Assembly (NCBI RefSeq): GCF_001194135.2
Contig: NC_068986.1
Coordinates: 100,937,431 to 100,979,829, forward strand
DNA from: Octopus bimaculoides
Taxonomy: Eukaryota
DNA length: 42,399 nucleotides
Reading direction: 5' to 3'
Position numbers and translations under genes: made by a program. Below the pieces are notes generated by a model, which did no database searches, had not been told where the DNA came from, and worked only from the letters and a program-made list of their open reading frames with translations. Below are positions 24,421 through 38,339 of the stretch, one piece after another (positions within the stretch are counted from its first letter, which is position 1; each line of letters opens with the position of its first letter).

Positions 24421-27119
24421 ACTAACACTAATGCATACGTATGCAAACACACGTGCACATGACTGCAACAATTATTAATTAGCATACTAACACAGGGTCT
24501 TGGATTATATAACGTCATAAAATATGTACTTAAAAATACTGACTGCTTAAAATACTAACTTTCCATAGAATTATTTTGTACATGTAGTAGATTTTGTTAT
24601 ACATTAAAAATATTACAATTTATAAAATATTAAAGGAATAACATTAATTTCCGAAATATACTAAAATAGCATTCATTTGGAATTGGTTATATAAGATTAA
24701 TTCGAAAAGTTTTCTGAAAATATTTATTTTACCGAAACCAAAAGTAGGACAAGTAATTTTTAATCTCATAACATATATCAGGTAATTAAATTCCAGTAAC
24801 AATTATATTGGTTCTTTTATTGATTCTGTGTACTTATTACCAGTTATGGAATAAACTATTACATACTATATCTTATTAATTCCGATAAAGTCTTTCGCTT
24901 ATGTCTAAAATTATTTATATTAATGTATAAATTAATGTAAGCAGATAGCATGTTTTCATCGCCAGTTATTGTCAGTACAAATGTCTCAAAATCCTGATAT
25001 TTTGTAATACTGATATTGCTGGGGACACATGTGCATTAGTTATAATACAAGTAACGTTATCATTCAAAGGACTGTTGATGACGAATATGTAATTTAGCGC
25101 GTTTGAATAGATATTTGAAAAACTGTTTGCAACAGCCTTCTCATACTCCAGCAGTATAATGCCTACACTTATGTGCACATTCAGCATTGCATATATTTGC
25201 TACCTGATCCAGTGAGAAGTCATCAATAGGGAAATCAGACTAACTGAGACGAAGCTCCGGTTTTGCAAATGGCTTTTGATTTTACTTGCTCAAGTATAAA
25301 TGCTTGGATTACTTATATCTATTAAATGCAATATTGTTATAAACAAAAGACTCAGCATTTGAATTATGTATCAATGTAGTTCAAAAGATCGCATAGAAGC
25401 AAATACTGATGCCTTTGCGAAATCAAATATTGTCGATACTATCTCGACAACATGTGGCAGTTTCGGGTGAAGTAATTTTGTGACATCTATCCTACAGGTG
25501 ATGATATTACTTACTCATACGAGTTTGGACGATTTCCTCTTTGAAGTTTTGATACATATTTTATTTATCATAGCGGAAATGCAATCAATATTAGATTCAC
25601 TGTTTTCTCAGTTAAACACTATACACTGTCTTACGTCTTTAGTGAATAAATTATTTCTTAGTTTCAAACAGTTACTTACTCTCCTATTTGCATTCAATGC
25701 AATGTAGTTATCAAAGTTTTAGAAATTGTGTGATTTACAACTTCAAAGCTTTATATGAAGCAGATTAATCTCAAATAAGTTTAGTTAGAAGATTTACAGC
25801 TAAACGGATATGATAAGAATTGCTCTGATTTAATTCCCTTCATTTACAGCGTATCCCTGAGTATACATCCTTTTATTTCAACAGCCTCTATTGCACACAT
25901 GCATGCGCACTTACTCCTACATACAACGTCATATGCATCGTTTATACGTATACATATATTGAACTAGATGCATAATACACATTTAGAAAATGTACCTGTA
26001 AGTAAAACTGCAATTTATTATAAGTCGCCTCAATACGCGTCAGTGAAAAGGCTCGTGTTTGCATGCAAACCTCATTATTATTGATTAAATAACTATGAAG
26101 GCCTTTATTAAACATTAAATCGAACAATTGTGATTCTGAAGTCAAATTATCTTAATTCTTTGATGGAATTTATTTTGAAGATATACAGACACAAAAAAGC
26201 GGAGACAAAATGACTATACAGTCAAAAATATAAATTCAAATGCAAACAATACCATACATAGCAAGCAATTATATTTAGGTGCATTGTTAGGTATATGAGA
26301 TAATATATTTAAGCAAATATAATGAATCAGGAATTAATTTATTTTGAAGCTGTTATTGTTTAAAGTGTATATTAATGTAAATTTAATGCAAATGTTGTCA
26401 TCGGATAGAGGTAATGCATTTAGAATTGAAAGACATGAAAGAGGCAGGTTCTATGTGATTTTTATATAATTACTCTCTCTATGAAAGTAGATGTTTGATC
26501 TATGGTATTGAAACCAAAACGATAACATTTTCAGTAGCAGCTTTCCCCAATTTTTGTGTTGTCTTTTTAAAAGTTAAGGTGTACTTTCTGGAGTATTGTT
26601 TGCTACTTCTAGCGATTCCATTGATCACGTCATGATTTCATTCCCGTCGTCTAATCCTAGTGTGTGTTCGTTTTCAATAGAAACCAAAAAGTGTGTCTTT
26701 GAATGTTGGCAAGATAGGTTTTTGCTTAGCTAAAATGATATAATTCCAAACTCTTTGGACATTTTATTAGCACGACTACGATTTTTGTCATCAGCAACCA
26801 AAACCACAGAGTAGAAAATTTTAAAAAGAAAAACTCCGTCGAAACTCTTATGCTTTATTGAAACAAATGATTGTTATCCGTTAGTGAGTCACGAGAAAAC
26901 ATTTTACAATTTGAAAAAAAAGATTGCAATTGCAATTGTGCTCTTGAATATACGCTACATAATCTTTTCAAAAGAATATAATAGCCACACAGGGTGCCAC
27001 ACGACAAATTATGTTTAATATATGACTGGAACTTGTACTAACATGGATTTACAATCAATTCTACGCAAAGGTTAACTTGAATGGTATTGCATTCAAAATA
27101 AAGAAAAAAGGAAGATGGA

Positions 27120-27250
27120 CATATATATATAAGCATGAATACATACATGCATACATACACACACACCTACATACATACTTACACACATACATACGTAAAC
27201 ACATACTTACACACACATACATAATACAATACATATATACATACACTCAC
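27120..27250. repeat. TACA/CA-rich low-complexity tract
   Basis: Directly visible. Confidence 0.9.
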
Positions 27251-27302
27251 CTGAATTCTATTTTAAAGGTGATAGCATGACATTCATGAATATATTGTCA
27301 GC

Positions 27303-27440
27303 GAGGCTGTGTGGTAAGAAGCTTGCTTCCAAATCACGTGGTCTTTGGTTCAGTCCCCAGCGCAAGTGCTTTCTAGTTAAGACCGCACTTAAGAGAGACT
27401 TTGGTAGACGTGTCTGTGTGCGTATGTGTGTGTGTTTGTT
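27303..27440 (+). mobile_element. Family-A SINE head (internally deleted) with TG run
   Basis: ggctgtgtggtaagaagcttgcttcc...ggttcagtcccc...caagtgctttcta...tttggtagacg followed by tgtctgtgtgcg. Confidence 0.85.
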
Positions 27441-27700
27441 TATGATTGCATTAGTATATCCAGCAGTCACTCAATTATTACGTTACCGCTGGTCACAATT
27501 CGTTGAAATTCTTTCCCATCGTGACCGAATTCTTATATGAGTCTTCTCATCGCAGTGGACAACTTATCAGCGGCTTTTCAGATATCTTGGATACTTACCG
27601 CTCTATATCTTCGTGGCTGCACTGGACCTGTCGGTAGCAACGTGATGTACGTATATATTTTTTTTATTAAACCTTTTCGTATGGTTTCCAATGTTTTGGC

Positions 27701-28822
27701 TCACCCGGCTGAAAAGTGGATAAGATGATTCAGAGAAAGTGGTGCGAAAGCTGTTGAATCTTACACGCGTCAATACCAACGTATTCTTATTAATAACTAC
27801 CCATAGAAGGCTCCAAAAGGAACTTGAAGCGACTTCTGTCGGACACAAACAACATTTGGTGTCGGGTTGTTATCAAGTACCTGTAGAAAAGAGGTTTAAT
27901 TTAACCCCCAACGTATTTCACGTTAACATGATTGCTACATTTGGCATGAGGTTCCTGTTTTGTAAACAGTGCATGTTTTGTGCGTTTTACAGCTGCCATC
28001 GGAGAGGAAAGCATTAACGGTGATCACCACACGGTGATAGATGAGAGGCGGTTGACTCTATATTAAATAGCCAATACAGATGCCCAGAGGGAGTTGAACA
28101 TATTCTGCCCAATGAATGTTGTATGACGAAAGGTCCTGGTCGATGAGTGCCACGATTTCTGACATCTGTTCCAAAGCAAACCAGGCCGATGACATCAAGA
28201 GAAATTCTGACATTGTTTGTTGCGGATTCAACTGGTTTCCTTCAACATCTCCCAAGCTAACATCAGTGTTGAGTGAATCAACTTGAGCCAGACGCAAAGA
28301 AACAATCTATGTAGTGGAAACACCCCTGTAGCTGCTTCAAATAAGGTCGATTTCATCTGCAGACAAATTAATGGCATGAGTTTGTTGGATGCAAAAAGGC
28401 ATTGTGTTTCATTGACAATCCTGAAAACACTGCACCATCAAACAAACGAATGGATTTCTCATGGTTTAAATGGTTGATGAGTGTGACTGTGAGTCTGAAC
28501 TGGTTGATCACTCTTCCTATTTCCCTGATTTGCCTCAATCTGACTATCACCTGTTCTCCGACAGTAAAAAGGAAGCAACAAAAGAAGACCATTTGGCTGG
28601 GCACCAATATCAGAGTGATGATAACATATCTATTGCTGACGGCATGTTGAAGATGATGGAAGCGTTTTCACCAACGGGATCTAAATACTTCAACACCAAT
28701 AGAAACAGTGTGTGGACCGCAATGGGGACTATTGCGAAAAAAAAAACAAAACAAAATAAAATTCCATCACATTTCATTGAAGCACCTTTGTCAGCCTATG
28801 TACTTTTCAGCTGACCTTCATA
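27701..28822 (+). mobile_element. Second mariner transposon (irritans/Hsmar2-like), internally deleted and dead, with degenerate TIR pair
   Basis: Fragments IWCRVVIKYL*K, HVNMIATFG, R*VPRFLT, EPDAKKQSM*WKHP, ELVDHSSYFPDLPQSDYHLF (cf. HPPYSPDLAPSDYHLF) and LQHQ*KQCVDRNGDY. Left ggctgaaaagtggataagatga resembles the reverse complement of right tcagcctatgtacttttcagc. The subfamily assignment is from memory. Confidence 0.9.
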
Positions 28823-28935
28823 TTTGTGTTTGTGTTTTCGTCTGCCTCGCGTATGTGTAGACATGCATGTGTGGTGGCAATGAATCTAAGATGATACCTA
28901 GTTAGCAAATACTTCAAAACCACTGCCAGACCTTC

Positions 28936-28937
<2 letters not shown>

Positions 28938-28972
<35 letters not shown>

Positions 28973-29200
28973 TATGTGTCTGTGTCTTTGAGTCTAAGTC
29001 AGTCCCCCACCAGCGCTTGGCAGCCGGTGTTGGTATCCTTACGCCCAGTAATCTAGCGGTTCGTAAAAAAGCTGATAGAATAAATACTAGGCTTTACAAT
29101 AAATAAGCACTGGGGCTGATTCGTTCATCCAAAATTCTTCAAAGCGATGTGCCAGCATGGCTACAGTTACATGACTGAAACAATCGAACGAATCGAATAA
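28938..29200 (+). mobile_element. (TA)n followed by a diverged family-A 3' module (no head seen)
   Basis: cccccaccagcgcttggcagccggtgttgg...tagcggttcg...gatagaataaatactaggc...ccagcatggctacagt...atgactgaaacaa. Confidence 0.85.
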
Positions 29201-32076
29201 TTGAAGTATAAACGAACAAAAGAATATATCTATTTTTGATATCTAATTTTTGTTTGAGTTGATGAAAATAAAAATTGTGACTGCAAAATATGCTATATGA
29301 ACTTGAGGCTACGTACATCTGTGATGATGGTAAACAAATACCAGGTGTTCCAATGGAAGCAGCATTGTTTGTTTGTTAGTGGTTAAGGGAGAGGGAACTG
29401 GTAACCAAGCGATCGCTGCTTTTAAGCTATGCAAGAGTTATGAGGCTGAAAATTGTTTGATGATTTTAATACACGGTTGTCTCAGTTAGCTTGGAAAGCT
29501 TTTGAATCGAATACTATTTTTATTTCAACTTTAATTTACGATTTCAGCGGGAGAGCTGTTTACAAATCATAAAATATTTTGACGTATATGGCATTACATT
29601 GTAGAAAATGCATGGAAATTTTACTGTACTATTTGAAGATATCCTTAACAGTAGTATGATATTTTAGTTCGATTCTCTTAGAAAAAATACATAGAAATTA
29701 TTTGGTATCTATCAAAAGTAATGTTTGTATGAACATTAAACTGCCATCTTCAACGTAAGTGTTGCTAAGCAATGACAGGAGATTGCACTAGTGTATTCAT
29801 ATATTTATTAATGTATTCATAGACTGGACGGCACAGTGAAAAATGAACGATAAAGAAATCAAAGAAATTGATTGACAAACTATAAATTCGATGTCTAGGA
29901 AACCATCCATTTTACTGGAACAAACTTACTATGAATAGGTGAATTATCTGTCTTGTATTTTTTGTTATATTAGTTGGATATTATTATTACTTTCATATTT
30001 AATATTATTAATGCTGATATTAGTAGTGACGTTACCATTCTTCTTCGAATTCTCCTAGTATTTGCTGTTGTTGTAGTTATCTTAAAAACGTACAAACATA
30101 CCACCGATAATTATTTAGTTAAAGTGTCATTGATTATCAATTAAATAACTCAGGATATTTTAGAGTGTCACCAGTAATTCATAGTATATTGGCAGCCAGC
30201 GGGTGTCGAAGAAGTCATTGCTACGTTTGATATTGAAAATCAATTGCACTTTACCACAGATTCTGAGTTGATATAAATTTCATAGGCCTTAGAGGCAACC
30301 ATTTTGATTTAATACTTTGCACTTTCCTTTGTTTCTTAAGAAAGCTATCAAACTTTATATTTCATGTTTTCTTTTGTTCTTTGTTATGGATATAACTTTT
30401 TTTCTTTACTTTTCTCGGCCATTCATTTAAACTATCTACCATAAATCTTATCTGGTGAGAAGAAATTTTTTCTATAAAAACCACTGAAACCTCAATAGTT
30501 TCTTGCTATTTAAAGATATTTTTTTGTCTTTGCCGTAGTCTTCATGTTCATACTAAACAAGACAGCGTTTATTAGTTTATATGTAAGGATATAATTAAGA
30601 TTCCTGTCGGACTTCCAATATTATTAAAATGTAGATGGTATTACCCTATATCCTAACGCTAATGACATAAGCAACATTCTCCCGAACGCTGTTTTTCCTT
30701 CTAATTTACTAAGCTTACTATTATCTGAGCTGAAAACTTTCTTAAATATCAATACTGAATCTTCCTACTCTCCATAAAACGTCATCGTTGTAAAGCGAGA
30801 TAAATATCAAACCTACTTAAAGTTAGGTTCATGCGAAAAATTGGACAGTGCAGCTCATAGAACAAGTACGAATAAAATATAAAATAGACATTCAAAGATA
30901 AAGACGTCCATCATCAGATAAGGGGGGGCATTATTTTTAGAAAATAATACAATAAACAGAACTCATCGATCAGATAAGCCGCAGATGTTAACATTTACCA
31001 TATAAATTCTACCCAGTTATAAGAGGGCGTCATGACTAAGAGTAATAAATTTGATTCTGTTTTATCCCAGGAACTATAAAATAAAACCGTAAATATTTTC
31101 ACGGACCAAGCATAAAGCCGGTATATAACTACACATTCATCCAGTTAGTGAATATGTAAATTTTCTACTATGTAGAAGAAATATATATGAACATAAGAAG
31201 GTTTCCATGAAGAAGAGAAAAGCTATATGTGTTAGATTGTAACTCCTGTCTTAAGGCATGTTTAACTTGCATAAGCCTGCGTCACTTCTAACCTTAAGAA
31301 CGTTCTCATATTTCGATGTATAGGTCTGGTGTATCAACAAATATCTAGGAGAGTTCGAACAAATCACATGGAAACAACACACAGAGTATCGCTTTTTGAA
31401 GTGTACATGTTGCACCGAAATACTGAGACTTTATTGCAAGCCTAGGCATGGGACACATATGTTTTATTATTTATTAATTAGCATTTAAGTATTATTTTTA
31501 CATAGGCTCAATTATTAACTTTCGACATGAAAAATATTTCAAAATATTTCAAAAATATTTAAAACTATATATCCTTGACTTTTTGATGATCTCAGAGCAA
31601 CTGCTCCGAAAATTAATCACAAAAGGTACCGACCAACAGAACATGAAATACAAGCTAATTATCGTAATTGTGGTCTAAATGCTACGCGTAGAAAATCAAA
31701 ATCTGAGGTTATCTACATGTACTATAATTCGGAAATTCTGAGAAGTTAAGTGAGATATATTTTAGAAATGAGATTTGCAGGAAATGTCCATTGAAATAAG
31801 TTATATTGCTTGAATTACAGCTTGAATCTAAATTTAAAAAAAAATTCTACAGATTCCTTGTCATTCATTAAAATAATCGTAATATTTATTATTCATTTCA
31901 GACTTAATTTGGAGTATTATTATGAAATATCCGATATATATTAATATAACATTTCGATCTGAAAACGTAATGATGCCAGAAACACAAAATGAATCAAATG
32001 TGTATCCCGCATACACGTAAAAATACGCTCTAGAGGATGAATATTAATTATTAATCCCACTAATCAATATTGTATT

Positions 32077-32314
32077 TATTTGTTTATTGCCGACAGGGGG
32101 CTAAATATAGAGGGTACAAGCAAGGACAGACAAAGGGATTAAGTCGATTACATCGATCCCAGTGAGTAACTGGTATATGTTTAATCGACTCTAAGATGAT
32201 AAAAAGCAAAGTCGACCTCGGCGGAATTTGAACTGTGAACGTAACAACAGACGAAATACCGCTAAACATTTCGCCCGGTGGGCTAAGGATTCTGCCAGCT
32301 CACTGCCCTCGTTG
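32077..32314 (-). mobile_element. Full-length family-B SINE variant with a different 3' end and perfect 14 bp TSD
   Basis: Reverse complement ggcagtgagctggcagaatcc...ccgggcgaaatg.... TSD atcaatattgtatt at 32063-32076 and 32315-32328. Confidence 0.95.
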
Positions 32315-35300
32315 ATCAATATTGTATTGCACTTAATAGCAGCAAGCACAAATCCAGTAAAATAACAGTGTTTGGTAGTATGAGCATACAAAATTTGTAT
32401 TATAAGAGGAAATTCATCCCAACTCTGGACTCTCCTTTTGCTGCATGTGGATTATTGTCGAATCACTTTTTAAGGTATATGAATAATACAAGGAATATTA
32501 TGATGATGTGTTTTAAACGCTTACACAAAGGATAAATCGGATATATTGTGTTATGTTTCATGCTAACGTTATTTTGGGTAACATCATATGTGACTTTACC
32601 TGAGGCATGCCCTGTAAGAACCATGTTAGTTGAGATGTGTCTGTATATTTTGAATAACAACTTTATACGTTCGACATTTACAACTATAGATTTGATGTCG
32701 GTGATAGTAATAATTTGTAGAGGAGCCTTTTACGGGAGAAATGACTGAGAAAATGTTTCATGGTCTGAGTGTAAATCTGTGAGAATTGACAGTCCAAAGA
32801 AGCGATAGGTGAAATATGTGGGCCGTAGTAGATGCGGCGTATTATTAGTAGCTTACATTAGAAGTAGCTGTTGATCTGTAATAAACTAGAAGCGATAAAA
32901 AATGTGAGTTAGGGTTGCAAAACCGCTAGAAAAAATAAATATATTTGTCTGTATCAAAATAATAGCGTCAGCATTCTCTCAAATGTCACAAGACTATAGA
33001 AAATATTTCCCAAGTTATATATATATATATATGATGTAAGAGCATTTAATTAAAAGTGGTCTTTGATTTAAATTAAGAACACCTACCATATCGAATGGGA
33101 ACGTACACATGTGCCTGATCTAATACTCTGGATGTGAAAGTTCAAGCATATTCACAGTGAAAAAATATTATGTACAGTGTAAAACTATTGTGGCTAACAT
33201 GGGGATAACAGCAGAGGTATTTAATAACTGAGATGCATCACTTTTACTTCGAATCTGATTTAAGGTATATATGCATATGCAATACGTTACCGCATCAAAT
33301 GACAGGTATATTATGAATAAAATTATTCGCTGATAACAAGTCTGTATGTGGATTCATTTTAACGCTAAATTTGAGGAATCGAATGAATTTGAACTGATCG
33401 CATTGTGTCTTCATCGATATAACTTTCGCTATTAATAACAGGTTAAATGTTATGTCGACGATCATTTGATTTATAAAATTCAATTTTTTTCTTCGTTTAA
33501 GCCATATCTGAAAACTAAAAATGTGCAAGCGCAAATAAATGTCATAACTACATAAAATCATTAAAAAATCTTATATAAAATTCATATATCCTGAATCTAT
33601 TTAGAGCTGTATTCTTATTTCCTTTCGATTATTTTTTTTGTTTGCAAAAGTTTAGTTAAATTGAAATAAATCGACACGAGACGCCTCCAGACACAATTTA
33701 GATACTATAGTTGAATTATATTTGATGAATATACTCTAAAGATATGAATGCCCTTCTTGGAGCAAATTTATAATTCTTCATCGGAAGTCACGAATAAAGA
33801 ATAGCGATATATGAATTGCTTGTTTTACATTTTCTTCTGAATTTTTTTTTAAATGCAAAGATTATTGTACACATGACATCTCGTAATAAATTATTCTCAA
33901 TTTTAGATTATATATTAATTGAGCGCTGTAGAGCTTGAGGTAATCTGTTGACAAGCCGAGAAGAGGCGCTTTCAATCTCTTGTTAAATCGATTTCGCCAA
34001 CGTCCTTAGTGCTAGAGATATTTTAAAATAAAACAATGTCACACGATATCAATTCTCAACCCTACGATTCTAGATTCAGTACATAGACAATAGTAGTATC
34101 GGTGTCGATATGAATACAGATAGTTTACCTTGAGGCATTTTGCTATGGGCATTTAAATTACAACAACAAATCCCTATCGGCTTTGTGACTATGTTAGAAA
34201 TAAATAGCTCACCCAACATACTTTCAAAGTCTGTCGAGGAAATAGGATTTAAAATTAATGCCAAAATAAAGCACTTCAATAGCTATTTATAGGATATGTG
34301 CAATAGGAGTCTTCAAATACCGAGCAAGAGTCTAATACATACTTATATACATACATACACACGCACACAAACACACCATACTCATTACTAATAATACTAA
34401 GACTACTACGACCAATTGCCGCGATTTCGCTGTTGCTGCGGCTGTTAAAACACACACTCAACTCAATATGAACTACTACATTTACGTTTAAAGACGCATG
34501 TAGTGATCTTGTGGCTGCAATATCTTTACATTACTACTAATGCTATTATTACAGCTACTACTACTGCTACGACTATTAACACTATTTATAACAGAAGAAT
34601 TCAGTCAAATCAATATTATAGCGTCTAATGTTAGAACCTAATGAAGAGGACAAACAGAAATTGATATCTTATATCACGTAATAATTTCATTACAACAAAG
34701 CTGGAAGCGGAAATTTACATAATTAAGATTGATCCGTGTGAGAAAAAACTTCGTGGCAAATAGTGCTTATTTTATGGAGTAATTTATGTTCGATATGCAT
34801 ATTATTTAAATAAACTGTCTCAAAATGCAAATTTCCGCCAGAAGAAAAAATAAAGCTGGAGTAAAAGTCGAAATAATATGGAATCTCTATAGTGATGATG
34901 TGATTTGGGATATATCCAATCTTGGCGAACCCGCTGGCAAATAGTCTGTTCGTTCGACAACCTCTGTCTGCAAATTTAATCAAAATATGTTTAATTAGTA
35001 TCTAAGAAAACACTACTCAAATTTAGATTGTTGTCGCTGATGAAGCCAAGGTAATATTGGTGACAAGACAGGAATAACCAGCCACTCGGTTGACAATTTC
35101 CGATCTTGTCCATTCATCTGAGTTCTGAAAGAAGAGCAATGTGAATTGGCGCAGTAGGTTTTTCTTTCTATCTCTTTATTGGAAAAGGTTTAAATCATCT
35201 TAGGTCTTGTATTTATGTAGATTTGATTCTTTATTGACAACATGCAAAATATTTTAAGTTGATGGAAATATCTTGTAATATTTCCCAACGAAAAATGTAG

Positions 35301-36934
35301 CCACCACACATTGGCTAGACCAGCTACACACAGAAGCTGCATTCAAACAGATCACACGTTGTCGAGGAAAATGTATGATAATCATGATAAAAACAAATTA
35401 TGTCGGCGATGGTCTGAGGCTACACAACATAAAATTAATATCTTTCTTTCAGAACTTTCAATGTCATTGAATGACTGTGATAGAATTTCATTGTAGGATT
35501 TGTATGAGGAAGAACAAAGTTTTACTGGGTTTAGTTGAGTGGCATAATGTTTCACATATTAATTACCTAATTATTCGAAACGAAACAAAGCAATAGTTAG
35601 AATTATTTCCTTCTTAACAAAGCAATTTATTATAACTTCTTCAGGTTGTTAATTTCTTTAGACACTCTTTCAAAATGATTTCTTTTCATGCTGATTTCTA
35701 ATATTTCGATCGCAATTTACACATTGTTTATTTAACTGACAAAGCATCCCCACTATGTTGTGCTCAGTAAAGTGTGAGATGTACTTCTTGATTGTGATTC
35801 TTTACCCGGTAAACTTTATTAGATAGCTATAATAGATGTATGTTGTTAAATAATACCAGGCGCCATTTAGTGTGTAGTATGTGTATTAATTCGAATGAAA
35901 TATGAAGAAACGTCAAACAAGATATGCTAGTTTTTTTCGATTATGAAAACTTCCTCAACTTTCAGATAATCATTTTGTAAAGTTAAATGTATTGCAAAAG
36001 TACTCCTTCATACTTATCCGACGCTACCTCGTATTCTCTCATGATGGGTATCTTTAAAAAAAATGTTTCTCAGATAAGCCATGACACTAACAGAAACTTG
36101 TTCACGTATTTTTGCGTACAAAGGCAGTTCTCAGCATTGACATAGCTTCGATAGACAATAAAAGTTATATTTACGAACGCATGTGACGTGAACGACACCT
36201 TGTATGTGTTCAGAATTTGAAGGAGACACCTGGCGCACACATTTATCGTTAATTTCATCACTTTCCTGATCTTGTAGGATTTTAAATAAATCAAACATTC
36301 ATTGATGTGTTTATAATGCTTAGAATATAAATTACTTAAATGCGGCGAAAGAATACGATTAAGAGAAACATTATTACTGGCAATTTTAGCACAAGCTACT
36401 CAAATTAGACATATCTGTAGGCTCCGACAAAATGATTTGGTGAATAACATGTAAATCCGAAACTATTTTAAAAACCGTTTTGGTAAATATATCGTTTTGA
36501 TATTATATATGAAATATTATATGACATCCGACAACATTTAATACGAAGATTAAATGACAGTGGCTTTGTTTAGCCGCATAAAACTAAATATGATTTAAAA
36601 GCTATCGTATATAAGATGTAGGATTTAAGCTATAAAATATAAGTAGAATCTGCTGATGCAATGCATTTATATCAATAATTTAAGAGAAGATAATTTACTG
36701 AATGAGGACCCTATTTGTAATTGTGATACACAACTAAGAATGGTCCGGAAGGTACTTGACTCTCTGAAACTCCGACATAAATGCTACTACACTGTATAAT
36801 TCTAGAACAGCTCAAGCAATTTGCTATCATTCTTCTTCCTTATTCAGGCTAGTTACATTCCGAACGAAGCTTTTCAATTGCTATGACTACATTTGTGAAA
36901 AAAACTTGCAAATTCTAATGATGCATTATTTACG

Positions 36935-37120
36935 TGAAGTTAAGTTGACGGAATTGTTAGCACACCGGGCAAAATACTTAGAGCTAATTTGTCCATCTTC
37001 ATCTTCTGAGATTAAATTCCGCTGAGGATGACTTTGGGTCTCATCATTTCGGGCTCGATAAAAAAGTACCAACTGAGCAATGGTGTCGATGTAACTGCAT
37101 TACCCTTTTCTTATCCTGCT
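36935..37120 (+). mobile_element. Old diverged family-B SINE
   Basis: gaattgttagcacaccgggcaaaatacttag...aaattccgctgagg...gactttg...tttcgggctcgataaaaaagtacc...ggtgtcgatgtaa. Confidence 0.8.
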
Positions 37121-37124
37121 GGCC

Positions 37125-37372
37125 TTTACTTTTTTTTACACTTTTAATTGTTTCAGTCATTTGACTGTGGCCATGCTAGAGCACCGCCTTTAGTCGAGCA
37201 AATCGACCCCAGCATTTATTCTTTGTAAGCGTAGAACTTATTCTATCGGTCACTTCTGCAGAACCGCTAAGTTACGGGGACGTAAACACACCAGCATCGG
37301 TTGTCAAGCGAAGTTGGAGGGACAAACAGAAACACACAAACATATACACACACATACATACATACATGCATA

Positions 37373-37414
<42 letters not shown>

Positions 37415-37691
37415 NNNNNNNNNNNNNNNNNNNNNNNNNNNNNNNNNNNNNNNNNNNNNNNNNNNNNNNNNNNNNNNNNNNNNNNNNNNNNNNNNNNNNN
37501 NNNNNNNNNNNNNNNNNNNNNNNNNNNNNNNNNNNATATATATATATATACATATATACGACAGGCTTCTTTCAGTTTCCCTCTACCAAATCCACTCACA
37601 AGGCTTGCCCAAGGTGCCACGCAGTGGGACTCTGGACCCGGATCCATGTGGTTCGTAAGCAAGCTACTTACCACACAGCCACTCCTACGCC
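37125..37691 (-). mobile_element. Near full-length family-A SINE with gap 37415-37535 in its internal microsatellite
   Basis: Reverse complement GGCGTAGGAGTGGCTGTGTGGTAAG (A box)...CACCTTGGGCAAG..., then (TA/TG)n, then the 3' module ending ggcggtgctctagcatggccacagtcaaatgactgaaac. Confidence 0.95.
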
Positions 37692-37722
37692 CCCAAAATC
37701 TGCATTCAAGTAATTTATTTTA

Positions 37723-37773
37723 GAATTTTAATACCAAAGATGAATTGATGAATTTTAATACCAAAGATGAATT
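37723..37773. repeat. Perfect 24 bp duplication (gaattttaataccaaagatgaatt x2, 3 nt spacer)
   Basis: 37723-37746 equals 37750-37773. Confidence 0.95.
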
Positions 37774-38339
37774 TTGTTTTACAGGATACTAAATTCTGGA
37801 ATCTGGAAAGTAAGTTGTGCTTATCACCATTACCATGACGTGACACTGAAACTACGTTAAAACAGTGAAGCAATGTGCCTTAATGTAATAAAGGAAAAAG
37901 AAAATACAAATATGGAACCATCTGAAAATAGTCATGAAAAAAGTTTTAAACATCTGCAATGGAAATGTACCAGAAACCATACAGTCTGTGCCCAAACCCA
38001 TTTCGAAGCCTTAAGAAATAACGTAAAGACAAAAATCATGGATTACGTGTTTCATATTATTGAAAAAATGAAGTTCCTAAAGTGCTTCAGTTTCACCACA
38101 CGGTGTCACATTTATCGATTTGCCATACAAGAAATTAAAAAAAAATGTCGCGTTTATGTAGAAACACATTGAAATATATTTTGTTATTTATTAGTATTAG
38201 ACGAGAGTTAGTGAGTCTGATAATACGAGGAAACTCACTAATTCAACAAGCTTAAGGGAAGTAGTGAGCACTGCATATCTAATGATGTGAAAACAAGTCT
38301 AAAATAAAAATCCATAGGCAAGAAGAAGTAATATACAAA

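Noticed and set aside
29290-29380. ATYICDDGKQIPG, resembling a Sushi/CCP motif
   Set aside because: No splice sites, stops on both sides, and the rest of the domain is absent.
30190-30780. Short protein-like + strand frames (PAGVEEVIATFDIENQ..., DGITLYPNANDISN...)
   Set aside because: Under 60 aa, no donor sites and no recognised family; expected by chance.
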